The notes under the pieces were generated by a model. It was not told where the DNA came from. It saw only the letters and a program-made list of their open reading frames with translations, and ran no database searches. From positions 291,996-355,995 of the forward strand of contig AP026679.1 in assembly GCA_025999155.1 (NCBI GenBank): a DNA stretch of 64,000 nucleotides, in the 5' to 3' direction. Positions 1 through 10,439 of the stretch are shown here, piece after piece. The translations under genes and the position numbers were made by a program. Each line of letters opens with the position of its first letter. Positions within the stretch are counted from its first letter, which is position 1. Source of the DNA: Candidatus Dojkabacteria bacterium. GTDB taxonomy: Bacteria; Patescibacteriota; Dojkabacteria; JAOAGR01.

Positions 1-71
1 CTACCACATAATCACCTCCTTGTTAAAAAGATATGAGATTTTAAAACAAACTCACACAAAAAGTAAAGGGC

Positions 72-1535
72 TTAATCACCTGCATATGATAAATCACACA
101 CAAATGGGACCTCTCTTGATTCATTACAAAAAATTTTCCGTAAGGAAGTAAAGCGAATGATATCCAAATAGGTGATCACAATCATTAAGAAAAGCAATAG
201 AGCAAAACCAGCTAAAGTAAGGTAATTATACCATTTTGTATTTAGTCTTTTACGTGTGATTAACTCCACTAATGTAAAGAGTACATGCCCTCCATCCAGC
301 GCTGGGATAGGAAGCATGTTAATCACAGCTAAATTGATTGAGAACAAAATCATTAATTCTATAATTCCCCAAAAGCCGACTTCTTTTAGAACCCGATCCA
401 AAATTCCAAATAAACCGACAGCACCACTCACATTATCAGCCAGAGGTAGAGCAGATCCTACATTTACAGAGATTTGTAACAACTCACTTATAGCAAAACC
501 AAAATATTGAATATTATTCAACGCCTGTGCGAAACCTGCAAACCATACAGATAAGCCTTTGAATTCTATCAAACTGATAGGGCTAGTTGTGATACCAAAT
601 AAAAACGAGGGCGATAAAGTTGTTGTTAAAATTATACCTAGCGGCCTCTCTTGGTCTCGAACATATATTTCGATTTCTCTTTCATTATTACCACTAGAAT
701 CCAGTACGGTTAGCTTGATATTTTGCCCTCTAAAAGAACTGATGGTTTGTACAAAATTATCAGGCTCATAACTCTTGCCATTGATGTATTTGATAATAGC
801 GCCAGGTTGAACTTTACCCTCTAACACTGAATCTTCGGTAAAACCACTAATAACAATTAAAGGACCACCATTCTGTCCCAATAAGTTAGACGACAATTCG
901 GGGAATTGTATTACGACATTTTTTATATCATCGGAGGCATATCCTACAAAAGTTAAATTGATCTGTTGGCCAGAATATTTAATCGCTTTTTCTGACCAAT
1001 TAGATAAAGAATAATCTTCTCCATTGATTTTCGTCAAAATATCTAATTTATCAATTTTACCAGACAAGGGGGACGATGGTTTAACCTCTTGTACAACTAA
1101 TAAACTTTCACTCTTTTCGCCAAACCATGGCCGATATTCATTCTTAAAATATCCATCCGGTACTCTATATTCAAAACCTAAATTGAAACCCTGTACATAC
1201 AAAAGAATGATGGCAAGGAGCACGTTCATCATGACACCAGCTACTAGTACAAAAAGCCTCTGTAATGGACTTTTGCCCCCGTAACTATCCGAAGCTAGGT
1301 TATCGTAGTCCCCTTCGCCAAACATTTTTACAAATCCTCCAATAGGTAAAAGCCTAATATTGTATTCGGTATCATTCCGACTAAATCCACATACCTTTGG
1401 CCCCATACCTATGGCGAATTCTTCCACCCGAATGCCCACAAGACGTGCAGCCAAGAAATGTCCTAATTCGTGGACAAAAACTAAAACACCAATAACAAAA
1501 ACGAAAACAACTAGAGTTGATAAAAATTCTATCAT
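72..1535 (-). CDS. rseP: RseP-like site-2 protease (M50 zinc metalloprotease with PDZ domains)
   Basis: HELGH zinc motif in the N-terminal TM helix, central PDZ-like regions, C-terminal TM segments; lies directly downstream of frr as in the conserved frr...rseP neighbourhood. Confidence 0.8.
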   Translation of the reverse strand: MIEFLSTLVVFVFVIGVLVFVHELGHFLAARLVGIRVEEFAIGMGPKVCGFSRNDTEYNIRLLPIGGFVKMFGEGDYDNLASDSYGGKSPLQRLFVLVAGVMMNVLLAIILLYVQGFNLGFEYRVPDGYFKNEYRPWFGEKSESLLVVQEVKPSSPLSGKIDKLDILTKINGEDYSLSNWSEKAIKYSGQQINLTFVGYASDDIKNVVIQFPELSSNLLGQNGGPLIVISGFTEDSVLEGKVQPGAIIKYINGKSYEPDNFVQTISSFRGQNIKLTVLDSSGNNEREIEIYVRDQERPLGIILTTTLSPSFLFGITTSPISLIEFKGLSVWFAGFAQALNNIQYFGFAISELLQISVNVGSALPLADNVSGAVGLFGILDRVLKEVGFWGIIELMILFSINLAVINMLPIPALDGGHVLFTLVELITRKRLNTKWYNYLTLAGFALLLFLMIVITYLDIIRFTSLRKIFCNESREVPFVCDLSYAGD

Positions 1536-1581
1536 ATCTGATAACTAGAAAGTATAGTTAAAAACGGTTGAAAAATAAAAT

Positions 1582-2148
1582 TCATATCGTCATGATTTCT
1601 TCTTCCTTGCGCTTTGCTATCGCATCTATCTGCTGATTATACGACTTTACTTCTTTTTCTACTACCTCTTCTGTCCTTCTTAATTGATCTTCGGACCATT
1701 TCTCATCACTAGCACGTTTTTTCAGTTCATTCAAGATATCTTTTCTCAGGTTTCGTATAATAACTTTTGCTTCTTCAGCTTTTTTCCAAACAATCTTTAC
1801 AAGTTCTTTACGCCTCTCCTCCGTCATTGGAGGAATGTACAAACGAATGACAGAACCCTCAACCTGAGGATTTAGCCCTAAATCACTCGTATTTAAAGCA
1901 TGTACTACAGCTTCAATCAAATCTTTATCCCACACAGATATAGTGATTAGTCTAGGTTCTGGAGTTGCTAGAGTAGCCAATTGAATCAAGGGAATCTTAG
2001 ACCCGTATGCCATCACAGGAATATTTTCCACTAGACTTATAGATGCTCTACCTACACGTAAAGTCCTCAAAAAATCTGCGTAGTACGTGATTGCTTTATT
2101 TGCATTGTCTTTTAAATCGTTAAGACTCATAATCTCGAGTATGTACAT
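1582..2148 (-). CDS. frr: ribosome recycling factor
   Basis: 188 aa; typical RRF sequence (VRVGRASISLV..., EERRKELVK...) and position after tsf. Confidence 0.9.
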   Translation of the reverse strand: MYILEIMSLNDLKDNANKAITYYADFLRTLRVGRASISLVENIPVMAYGSKIPLIQLATLATPEPRLITISVWDKDLIEAVVHALNTSDLGLNPQVEGSVIRLYIPPMTEERRKELVKIVWKKAEEAKVIIRNLRKDILNELKKRASDEKWSEDQLRRTEEVVEKEVKSYNQQIDAIAKRKEEEIMTI

Positions 2149-2160
2149 GATGTGTTAGGA

Positions 2161-2751
2161 TTACTCCCCCACCTCGAATCTGACAAATCGTCTTATCCTG
2201 ATTGCTTCGCCCAATTTTCCACTAACAGATTTAAGCAAATCCTCGATTGTTTGCGTACCATCTTTAAAAAATACTTGTTTCAAAAGGCAGTACTGTGCCG
2301 CATAATTTTTCATCTTTGAATCGATAATATTTGTTTTTACCTGCTCAGGTTTATCTGCAAAATTAGGATCGTTCATGACCTCTCTTTCAAACTCCTGCCT
2401 AATCGATGCAGGAATATCAACTTCATCGATATACAGAGGCGACATAGCACAGACTTGCATGGCTATATCCTTCCCTAACTGATTAAATTCCTCAGTTTTT
2501 GCGACAAAGTCAGTCTCGCAATTTATCTCAACTAAAACGCCAATTTTATTATTTGAGTGTATATAACTCGCTATTATACCTTGTTTAGTCTCCTTATCTG
2601 ATCTCTTTTCTGCCTTTGCCATACCTTTTTTACGTAAGTAAGCTCTAGCTGCCTCTAAATCACTCTTAGCAATAACTAATGCCTCCTTTATATCAGCCAA
2701 ACTAGCACCGGTTTCAGATCTTAATTGTTTTATTAATTCTATATTTGACAT
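2161..2751 (-). CDS. tsf: elongation factor Ts (short form)
   Basis: N-terminal UBA-like IKQLRSETGASLADIKEAL and EF-Ts core; follows rpsB. Confidence 0.9.
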   Translation of the reverse strand: MSNIELIKQLRSETGASLADIKEALVIAKSDLEAARAYLRKKGMAKAEKRSDKETKQGIIASYIHSNNKIGVLVEINCETDFVAKTEEFNQLGKDIAMQVCAMSPLYIDEVDIPASIRQEFEREVMNDPNFADKPEQVKTNIIDSKMKNYAAQYCLLKQVFFKDGTQTIEDLLKSVSGKLGEAIRIRRFVRFEVGE

Positions 2752-2782
2752 AGCTTCATGATAATACGGATTTAAATAAATT

Positions 2783-3682
2783 TTACCCCACTATCTTTTT
2801 GGCCTGCTCGCGAGATACACGAACAACTCTTGGTTGCCCTTTTCCTTGATCGGTACCAGCCGCAAGGTTTCTTAATTTCTTCTGCTCAAGCATCTTAGCC
2901 ATGTTTTGAATAGCTGCCTCTAATTCTGCCTGATCAATCTCCACATATTCTACACCTTTACCACCATTTCCAAGAAGTACTGTATCCCCCAACCTATTTA
3001 AAATCAAATCGATAGAACTAATAGAATCATCATTAGCAGGAATCACATGTGTGATCATATCTGTAGATGAATTCGTATCCACCACAGCAATAACAGGAAT
3101 ATTCATTTTATAAGCTTCACGAATAGCTATCCTAGATTTTTTAGCATCAACTACAATAAGACAGGCAGGCCTTTTATTGAAACTTTTTAACCCTCCATAT
3201 AAACTATCCAAACGTTTAAGCTCGGCAAACATTTTCAATAATTCTTTTTTCGTTCTATTTTCTATGCCCTCTTTAAATGCTCTAATATAATCATTGAGTT
3301 TCTTGATAGATTTTCTTGTCACCATGTAATTTGTGAGTAGTCCTCCAGGCCATCTGTTGATAACAAAGTGCGATTTGGTTCTAATAGCAACATTTTTCAC
3401 AATATCTTGTGCTTGAGGTTTCGTACCTACAAAAATAATTTCGCCTTTGGACGCATAATGATATGCCGCCTCAATAGCCTCATTGAGCTTTCGAATAGTT
3501 TTCACCAGATCTATGATATGGATCCCGTCCCGATGGGCATATATATATTCGCGCATGGAAGGGTGCCATCTTTGAGTTTTATGCCCAAAATGCACGCCAG
3601 CCTTTAACAATAATTCAATAGACTCATCACTCTCTTCGAGTAACGGTAATACCACTTTTTGTTTATTGTTTTCCTCGTTCAT
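2783..3682 (-). CDS. rpsB: 30S ribosomal protein S2
   Basis: GVHFGHKTQRWHP..IHIIDLVKT S2 signature; rpsB-tsf operon. Confidence 0.9.
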   Translation of the reverse strand: MNEENNKQKVVLPLLEESDESIELLLKAGVHFGHKTQRWHPSMREYIYAHRDGIHIIDLVKTIRKLNEAIEAAYHYASKGEIIFVGTKPQAQDIVKNVAIRTKSHFVINRWPGGLLTNYMVTRKSIKKLNDYIRAFKEGIENRTKKELLKMFAELKRLDSLYGGLKSFNKRPACLIVVDAKKSRIAIREAYKMNIPVIAVVDTNSSTDMITHVIPANDDSISSIDLILNRLGDTVLLGNGGKGVEYVEIDQAELEAAIQNMAKMLEQKKLRNLAAGTDQGKGQPRVVRVSREQAKKIVG

Positions 3683-3828
3683 AAGTCCTAATTTACAGAC
3701 CTCCCCGGTAAACGCCGCAAAGCAACGCTTAGGACAAAACCGGGTGCTAGGTTAGTATATATGCAAACTACATTTGCCTCCGCAATTTTATCACGAGTCT
3801 TATATTTCGCAAACGTTTTTAAAACACT

Positions 3829-4269
3829 CTACTTTTTTTCCCACCAGAAAATGGACAAAGTTGTATGAATCAAAGCTCCTACGGAAGACTGAATCAAAAT
3901 ACTACTCTCAATGTTAAAACCATTAAACGTTATTATAACGATAAAATTAAAAATGTAATTCACCAAATATAACACAAACTTATTGCCACGAAACCTTACA
4001 TACAACAAATAAAAAAAATACAATGAAATAACCAATACAAGGGACGATAATCCGAGTAAACCCTTATTATACCAATCATAGCAAAGACCTGCTAAAACAA
4101 AAATAACTAAAAAACTACTCTCCGATCTAATACTTAGTATGTAGTTCAGCAATAAAGCAGATAAAATTAATAAATTCTTCCAGAATGCCAATTCTCCCAG
4201 ACCCAAATCCAACAAAAATAATCCTATAAATAACGAAAAAATACCAACATGTATATATATTTTACTCAT
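3829..4269 (-). CDS. mreD: rod shape-determining protein MreD-like polytopic membrane protein
   Basis: 146 aa with about 5 TM helices; overlaps the mreC stop by 8 nt in the mreB-mreC-mreD order. Confidence 0.5.
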   Translation of the reverse strand: MSKIYIHVGIFSLFIGLFLLDLGLGELAFWKNLLILSALLLNYILSIRSESSFLVIFVLAGLCYDWYNKGLLGLSSLVLVISLYFFYLLYVRFRGNKFVLYLVNYIFNFIVIITFNGFNIESSILIQSSVGALIHTTLSIFWWEKK

Positions 4270-5086
4270 ATCTTAAATAAACCATAGTTATAGATGTTAA
4301 ATCTAATGTTGGTACAATAACGAGCTCTTTAAACCCTGACTCTACATCATCCCGTACAGCCTTTACTTTACCTATTATGAGCCCTGGAGGCACCTCAACC
4401 ACATCATTTGTTGTTACCCAAATATCACCTTTTGGGATATCAACATCCTTTGGGACATTACGAATAAGAATATCACTTGTGTCTCTTTTACTGACAAATC
4501 CCTTGATGGAAGGATTTGAAATACTTTGCACAGGTATACTAAAAGGAATAGCTTTCGAATATAAAGGAGAAACCACAGCAGTGCTGCTTTCCACATCTGT
4601 GATAAAACCGAAAAGTGTCACCCTATCAAGATAAACAGGATCCCACTTCTCCACTATGAAATCGTGTGGTATCAGAATTTTTACCTTTGGGCTTAAGGAA
4701 TATAAATCTTGTATTCCAAAAACATCAACAGCCACCAATTTAGGAGCCGTTGGACTAATAATATTATATTTCTGTGAAATATGTTCGATTTGTTTTTTCA
4801 GTTTTTCGTTCTCAACAAGAATTTGTTCATACTCGGAGATCTGTCTTTTTAATTCTAAATTCTCCCTTGCTAGAAAAGGACGATTCATCAACTCATCCCA
4901 TACTAACTGCACATATATACCATTATTTCTAATCAGAATTACAAAAGGTATCAGGATCTGATCTAATTTAGAGTACAATACGCTATGTAAACCTAAAATA
5001 TCAATCCCAAAAATCATACCTATAACAACAAAAGCAGCTAAATATTTCCTAAAATCCGTTTTTGATTGTATAATTTCCGGATTCAT
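4262..5086 (-). CDS. mreC: rod shape-determining protein MreC
   Basis: N-terminal TM, coiled-coil (LELKRQISEYEQIL..), C-terminal beta domain with GDIWVTT..GLIIGKV; immediately downstream of mreB. Confidence 0.7.
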   Translation of the reverse strand: MNPEIIQSKTDFRKYLAAFVVIGMIFGIDILGLHSVLYSKLDQILIPFVILIRNNGIYVQLVWDELMNRPFLARENLELKRQISEYEQILVENEKLKKQIEHISQKYNIISPTAPKLVAVDVFGIQDLYSLSPKVKILIPHDFIVEKWDPVYLDRVTLFGFITDVESSTAVVSPLYSKAIPFSIPVQSISNPSIKGFVSKRDTSDILIRNVPKDVDIPKGDIWVTTNDVVEVPPGLIIGKVKAVRDDVESGFKELVIVPTLDLTSITMVYLRYE

Positions 5087-5095
5087 CGATGCATT

Positions 5096-6148
5096 TTAGT
5101 AGTTACCATAATTCTGTTTTACTTTGGCAAGTAAATCAATATCTTCAAGCAACATCTGTGTACCTTTGACAACACATTCGATTGGGTTATCTCCTATTAT
5201 AAACTTCATTTTTAGTTTATCCTCAAAAAGATCTTTAATACCTCTAATCAAAGCTCCACCACCAGCAACAACAATCCCATTTACACTCAAGTCGGCAAGT
5301 ATTTCCGGAGGAGCTTCTTCCAATGCATCCGAAATTGCAGAAATAATTTTACTTAAAGAAGGCATGATTGCTTCCCGAACCTCAATCGAAGATATTGATA
5401 AAGTTTTTGGCACACCTTGAATAAGATCACGTCCACTGACTTCCATATTAATTTCCTTTTTGAGCGGGTACGCAGAACCAATTTGTATCTTGATTTCTTC
5501 TGCAGTTCTTTCTCCAATCAGTAAATTATATTTATGACGTATATAGTGTACTATGTCTTGATCCATTTGATCGCCAGCAACAGGAATAGTCTTATCAACA
5601 ACAATACCACCTAAAGAAATAATGGCTATATCTGTAGTACCGCCGCCTATATCTATAATCATCGAACCTTCAGCTTCATTGACTGGTAAACCAGACCCAA
5701 TTGCTGCAGCCATAGGTTCTTCAATCACGAAAACTTCTCTTGCGCCTGCACTTCTAGCAGCATCGTATACAGCTTTGCGTCCAATTTCAGAGGCTGATGA
5801 TGGTACACCAATCACAGTTCGCGGAATCGGAATTTTTATAAATTTATCGGATTTTTGGTAAGCAAGGTTGATAAAGTATTGAATCATATCTCGTGTTGCT
5901 TCAAAATCGGAAATTACTCCGTCTCTCAAAGGTCTTACAGCGACAATATTTGCAGGAGTACGGCCTAACATTTTTTTTGCAGGAGTACCTACAGCAAGAA
6001 TTTCCTTTGTATTTTTATTAATTGCAACAACAGATGGTTCGGTAGCAATTAGACCTACACCAGCAATAGCCACCTTTGTATTAGCAGTGCCAAGATCAAT
6101 ACCAATATCATCAGTCACTAACCGCCACAAATCATTTATTATATTCAT
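5096..6148 (-). CDS. mreB: rod shape-determining protein MreB (actin-like ATPase)
   Basis: IGIDLGTANT phosphate-1 motif, DIGGGTTD phosphate-2, full-length actin fold. Confidence 0.9.
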   Translation of the reverse strand: MNIINDLWRLVTDDIGIDLGTANTKVAIAGVGLIATEPSVVAINKNTKEILAVGTPAKKMLGRTPANIVAVRPLRDGVISDFEATRDMIQYFINLAYQKSDKFIKIPIPRTVIGVPSSASEIGRKAVYDAARSAGAREVFVIEEPMAAAIGSGLPVNEAEGSMIIDIGGGTTDIAIISLGGIVVDKTIPVAGDQMDQDIVHYIRHKYNLLIGERTAEEIKIQIGSAYPLKKEINMEVSGRDLIQGVPKTLSISSIEVREAIMPSLSKIISAISDALEEAPPEILADLSVNGIVVAGGGALIRGIKDLFEDKLKMKFIIGDNPIECVVKGTQMLLEDIDLLAKVKQNYGNY

Positions 6149-6230
6149 ATCTAGAAGTATAACACTTTAGATGATCTATAGAATCAGAGATGGTGAAAAC
6201 AGATTGACCAAAAGTACGGCTCGCCAAACT

Positions 6231-6503
6231 TTATTCAACTGGTATGGGCCTCACGAGTTCGATTTTACCCATATTATTTCTAAAGTAAGTTTTATACTCT
6301 TTCATCGTCATTTTAATCTTACCAAAAGGAGTCTTTACTGTACGAAGATTTAACCTCTGTACTTTGAGCTTTTTTACTCCATGTAATCCATGTGGACCTC
6401 TAGGAGCAAAAGCACGTGTCCCGGATCGCGACTTACCCGACTTATGTCGACCCGACCTCTGAATATTAGATTTTTTACCACTTATATCACTAACTCTAGC
6501 CAT
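6231..6503 (-). CDS. rpmB: 50S ribosomal protein L28-like (Cys-less variant)
   Basis: 90 aa, very basic, MARVSDISGKK..N..RSGRH start resembles the bL28 N-terminus (MAR.C.ITGKK..GNN.SH) with Cys replaced. Confidence 0.5.
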   Translation of the reverse strand: MARVSDISGKKSNIQRSGRHKSGKSRSGTRAFAPRGPHGLHGVKKLKVQRLNLRTVKTPFGKIKMTMKEYKTYFRNNMGKIELVRPIPVE

Positions 6504-6617
6504 AAAAGTACAACAAAATGTTAAACGCTACCAATGATAATACAAAATTACAATTTGTGCAAAAACTTTATAATTTTGAGTTGATTACAAATTTTAAAAA
6601 ATATAACCTTTAGACGT

Positions 6618-7850
6618 ATGAAGATATATTTAGACACCGTAAATGAATTTAAATCTCTGCATATACAAAAAGATACTCCACTTGCATTGGTTTTGTTTCT
6701 TGTGAAAGTTGGTACTCGTTACGAAACTTCTGATGTATCTGGGATTGCACATTTTATAGAGCACATGATGTTTAAACAAACTCAGAAACGTTCTACATCC
6801 GATATAGCAATTGAAATTGAATCTTTAGGCAGCCAAACAAACGCATTTACATCCCATCAATATACCGGTTTTTTTATAAAAATGCTTGGTACAAAATTTG
6901 ACGAATCTTTTGAGATTCTAGCGGATATCTTTCAAAACGGTAAGTTCGATAAGAATGATTTAGATATAGAACGTGGTAATATAATCGAAGAAATCAAACT
7001 CACACAAGATACCCCATCAGATCTAGTATGGGATTATGCGCAATCTAATATTTTCCCTAATAATACATTAGGGTGGCCTATTTTAGGTACTGAAGACTCT
7101 GTAAACAAGATTAATCAAGGTGATATTTTAAAATTTTTAGAACAGAAATATCTACAAGATGATATTCTGATAGTGTCTGTTGGTGATTTTGATCATGATA
7201 GAGTAAAAGACAACATCACAAAACACCTACGTCCTCGTAAACCAGGCCGATTAGAATTTGAGCCAGCCGAATTCAAACCAAAATCTAAGATTAATTTTCA
7301 TCACAAAGAATCATGTAATCAGGCGCATGTAGTGATTTCTTTTCCAGGAGTGAAAGATACCGATGAGGATTTTTTTAAATATGAAATTTTAGCCGAAATT
7401 CTTGGTGGTGGTATGGGATCGATTTTATTTTTATTGCTAAGAGAACAACTAGGAGTAGCTTATTATGTAGGTGCATTGCATCCAAGTTATCAAGATGTTG
7501 GAACTTTGCAAATTTATTTCGGAACAAATACAGATAAAACCTCCATGGTAATACAGGAAGTCTTCAAAACTTTAGAAGATATTAAAACCAAAGGAGTATC
7601 TAAACGAGATTTAGAACGCGCCCAAAATTATTATTTCTCGCAAATTACCATGGCCCAAGAGAACATTTTATTCTTAGGACGCCACTACGGTCTAGATTAT
7701 CTACTACATGGCAAAATAGATACTATCGAAGACATAAAGCGGAAAATTTATTCAATTACCGAAGACGATATCAAAAATTTAGCTAAAAAGGTGTTTAGTG
7801 ATCATTTCAACATCACATATATTGCGAATTCAGATTTAATCAAGATTTAA
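6618..7850 (+). CDS. M16 family zinc peptidase (pitrilysin/insulinase-like)
   Basis: HFIEH inverted zinc motif (HxxEH) plus downstream conserved Glu region; 410 aa. Confidence 0.75.
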   Translation: MKIYLDTVNEFKSLHIQKDTPLALVLFLVKVGTRYETSDVSGIAHFIEHMMFKQTQKRSTSDIAIEIESLGSQTNAFTSHQYTGFFIKMLGTKFDESFEILADIFQNGKFDKNDLDIERGNIIEEIKLTQDTPSDLVWDYAQSNIFPNNTLGWPILGTEDSVNKINQGDILKFLEQKYLQDDILIVSVGDFDHDRVKDNITKHLRPRKPGRLEFEPAEFKPKSKINFHHKESCNQAHVVISFPGVKDTDEDFFKYEILAEILGGGMGSILFLLLREQLGVAYYVGALHPSYQDVGTLQIYFGTNTDKTSMVIQEVFKTLEDIKTKGVSKRDLERAQNYYFSQITMAQENILFLGRHYGLDYLLHGKIDTIEDIKRKIYSITEDDIKNLAKKVFSDHFNITYIANSDLIKI

Positions 7851-7885
7851 GATAAGATATGAGAATTTTATAACGTATTTACGTT

Positions 7886-8395
7886 TTACTGGAAACTAAA
7901 AAACAAATCTTGATTGAATATTTCTCTGGGTAGAAAGCCAGCTTGAGTCTCTAAAACATACTGAACTGGTACATCAGCCGAATAAGTAGGACAAACAGCG
8001 TCTATCTCTCCACAAGGTTGCGCGTTTGCTGCAACATGGACAAATTTTTTATTTGCATCAAAAAATATAATGTCGAGTGGAATGTACGTGTTTTTCATCC
8101 AAAAACTTTGATTAGCCTCGTACGGAAATACAAATAGCATTCCATCAATATTTTCTAAATTACGCCTAAACATAAGACCTTGAGATCTTTCATGTACTTC
8201 GTCTGCTATTTCTACATTAAGAATACGAATAAAATTAGTATTCTGATGCTGAATAATTATTTTAGTACTACTAGAATAGTTAGTAGAAGAATTAAAACCT
8301 ACAGACTCGTTTATCAAATAAATCACACTCAAACACACAAAAATTGATATAATCAGAAAAAGGTGAATTATTTTGAAAATTAGTTTATTATTCAT
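7886..8395 (-). CDS. DUF192 domain protein (secreted/membrane-anchored)
   Basis: N-terminal hydrophobic anchor; GLMFR...LDIIFFD...V motif pattern typical of DUF192 (COG1430). Confidence 0.5.
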   Translation of the reverse strand: MNNKLIFKIIHLFLIISIFVCLSVIYLINESVGFNSSTNYSSSTKIIIQHQNTNFIRILNVEIADEVHERSQGLMFRRNLENIDGMLFVFPYEANQSFWMKNTYIPLDIIFFDANKKFVHVAANAQPCGEIDAVCPTYSADVPVQYVLETQAGFLPREIFNQDLFFSFQ

Positions 8396-8524
8396 ATGTT
8401 CAAATTATTCATATGTTCAAATTTTACTTCATTATTTAAACAATTAAAAAACTCTTAAAGACAGGAATTATCAATCAGTGTGAAATATTGACTTTTAAAT
8501 CGATATTTTATATAACGAATTGTT

Positions 8525-9043
8525 ATGGGTTTATTTAGAAACAATCCTGGAGATCAAAATCCTATTGAAATAAGGTTTCATGATGCTGTAAAAGAAATAA
8601 TGGGCAAACCGTCTCCTGGTTTTGAATGGGGACGATTTGATATACCGGTTCCAGGCGCCAAATTTTCTATACACGCTCACTTACTAGTACCAGTAACCAA
8701 TAAAACCCTTGAGCTAGTAACAGCAGGGTCTACTCTGATGGCTCTGCTAACGAACGAAGATATATCAAACATTGTGGAAACAAAAACAAACCTTCTGATC
8801 CCATCACGCAAATGTATAAAAGTACGATTGGGGGATGCAAATGGGATAATAGTCAACCTTCCATCAAAGTTATGGGTAAAATATCTTCCAGGATATGCTT
8901 TGTTTGCTGAAATAAACCCTACGCCTGGTAACCAAAACCTGATAGCCCCTCTTATTGTAAGGCCTATGAATGAAAATAAGCCGTTTATGGGTATGTATCC
9001 TTATACTTGGAGCAAGGGGTTTCCGAGACTTTTCCGTCGTTAA
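8525..9043 (+). CDS. hypothetical protein
   Basis: 172-aa ORF with plausible composition; no recognised motifs. Confidence 0.35.
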   Translation: MGLFRNNPGDQNPIEIRFHDAVKEIMGKPSPGFEWGRFDIPVPGAKFSIHAHLLVPVTNKTLELVTAGSTLMALLTNEDISNIVETKTNLLIPSRKCIKVRLGDANGIIVNLPSKLWVKYLPGYALFAEINPTPGNQNLIAPLIVRPMNENKPFMGMYPYTWSKGFPRLFRR

Positions 9044-9169
9044 AATTGATCCGGAGGAGACCGAACGATGTGCCTGATATCGTGTGAATTCTAATTATCT
9101 CTAACACCAAATAACTCCCGATCTGCGTCATCAGTGCCCGGTGTACTTTTTTAATCTACATGCTTATCG

Positions 9170-9310
9170 GTATACCATCTCTGCTACAACAAATCGAAAT
9201 ACAAACAGCATACCATCGGTATTTACTAGATCTTGTCAGAACATAAGACCTTGAGATTTTTCGTGTGCCTCATCAGCTGTTTCGAAATTTAAATCCACAG
9301 AATAGTTATT
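9170..9310 (-). pseudogene. degraded fragment of a DUF192 paralog
   Basis: about 140 nt of clear nucleotide homology to the middle of the DUF192 gene at 8100-8230 (e.g. acataagaccttgagat.tttc.tg...tc.tc.gct.tttc.a.atttaa) with no intact ORF. Confidence 0.5.
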
Positions 9311-9637
9311 ATTTTTGTGAAGACTTTTCGCATCATGTGACTCATTTTTATCAGAAGAAAAATCAAATTTTAGCGACTTATATGAAATACCAACACGGTA
9401 AAACATACAATAACTACAAGGATCAATAGTATATACAAAGAGTTTATAAAGATTTTAGTCTTCATGTACATTGTATTTTATAGAAATATTAGTTTCAAAA
9501 CATAGTCCTAAATGAAGCCCACATATATTTCTAATTCAAAAAAATGATATAATACCGCACACGTATGATAAGAACCGACACACCGGTAGGTTGCGAGGAC
9601 CCAGATGACGTAAAAAAAAATAGGTAAAATACAAAGT

Positions 9638-10021
9638 TTGTTTGCTAAAGTCGTGGAAATGACGAAACAAGACTATAGAGGTCGTCTATCATGGTTTTGT
9701 CGTCAGTATGAGAACGGCAGTTCTTTATACATACCGATAAAAACGGACCTTAATAATATCACTCTTGGATCAAGTTCATTAGGGTATATTTTAGTAGGCG
9801 TCAATTACAAAATGCCTACAACATTTAGGCAAATAAAATCTGAATATGTCGACGACGAATCTCTCTTTACACATTTGAATCATTCTTCTATTCAAGTTAA
9901 AACAGGCGAAAGTTTATATTTAGAATTCAAACAGGGAAAGTATCAGTCCCTTCTAGCTTCACTGTCTATCGAACACCTTCAAAAGGAGGTGAAAAGGAGT
10001 ATATTTATACAAGTAATCTAG
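9638..10021 (+). CDS. hypothetical protein
   Basis: 127-aa ORF; no TM and no motif recognised. Confidence 0.3.
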   Translation: MFAKVVEMTKQDYRGRLSWFCRQYENGSSLYIPIKTDLNNITLGSSSLGYILVGVNYKMPTTFRQIKSEYVDDESLFTHLNHSSIQVKTGESLYLEFKQGKYQSLLASLSIEHLQKEVKRSIFIQVI

Positions 10022-10439
10022 AAGTACTAAAGGTACCTATTTTTAGAAGAATTGAACCTAGATTTAATTGGCTCATGAGAGATCCTAAAGATCCTTTAGC
10101 CTATGGTTTAGGCACGGTTGTGTACACTCTCCAAGGAAAGTAGAAAAATTTAAGTTTTGACTCTGACAGCTAAAGTACTGCTAAAAACAAAGATAACAAA
10201 GTGTCAACTACTGTTGCGAATACCTCCAATGATAAGTCGCATGTAAATAGAAGAAACACAGACAAGACACAATGCTCACAATATACATCTGTTGATCCTC
10301 TCTACAGCTCTACATACAACACTATATTTACAAGCCTTTCTACTTATTCAATAAACGTTTAATAAACTCAGCTGATGTTATATTTCACTATTCTTTCGTC
10401 TTGATACAATTCAATTAAATCGTACAGGTACGATTATTG

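Noticed and set aside
3368-6353. Small plus-strand ORFs (3368-3607, 4377-4961, 5124-5861, 6171-6353)
   Set aside because: All lie antisense within rpsB, mreC, mreB or the bL28 region and have low-complexity compositions. Spurious.
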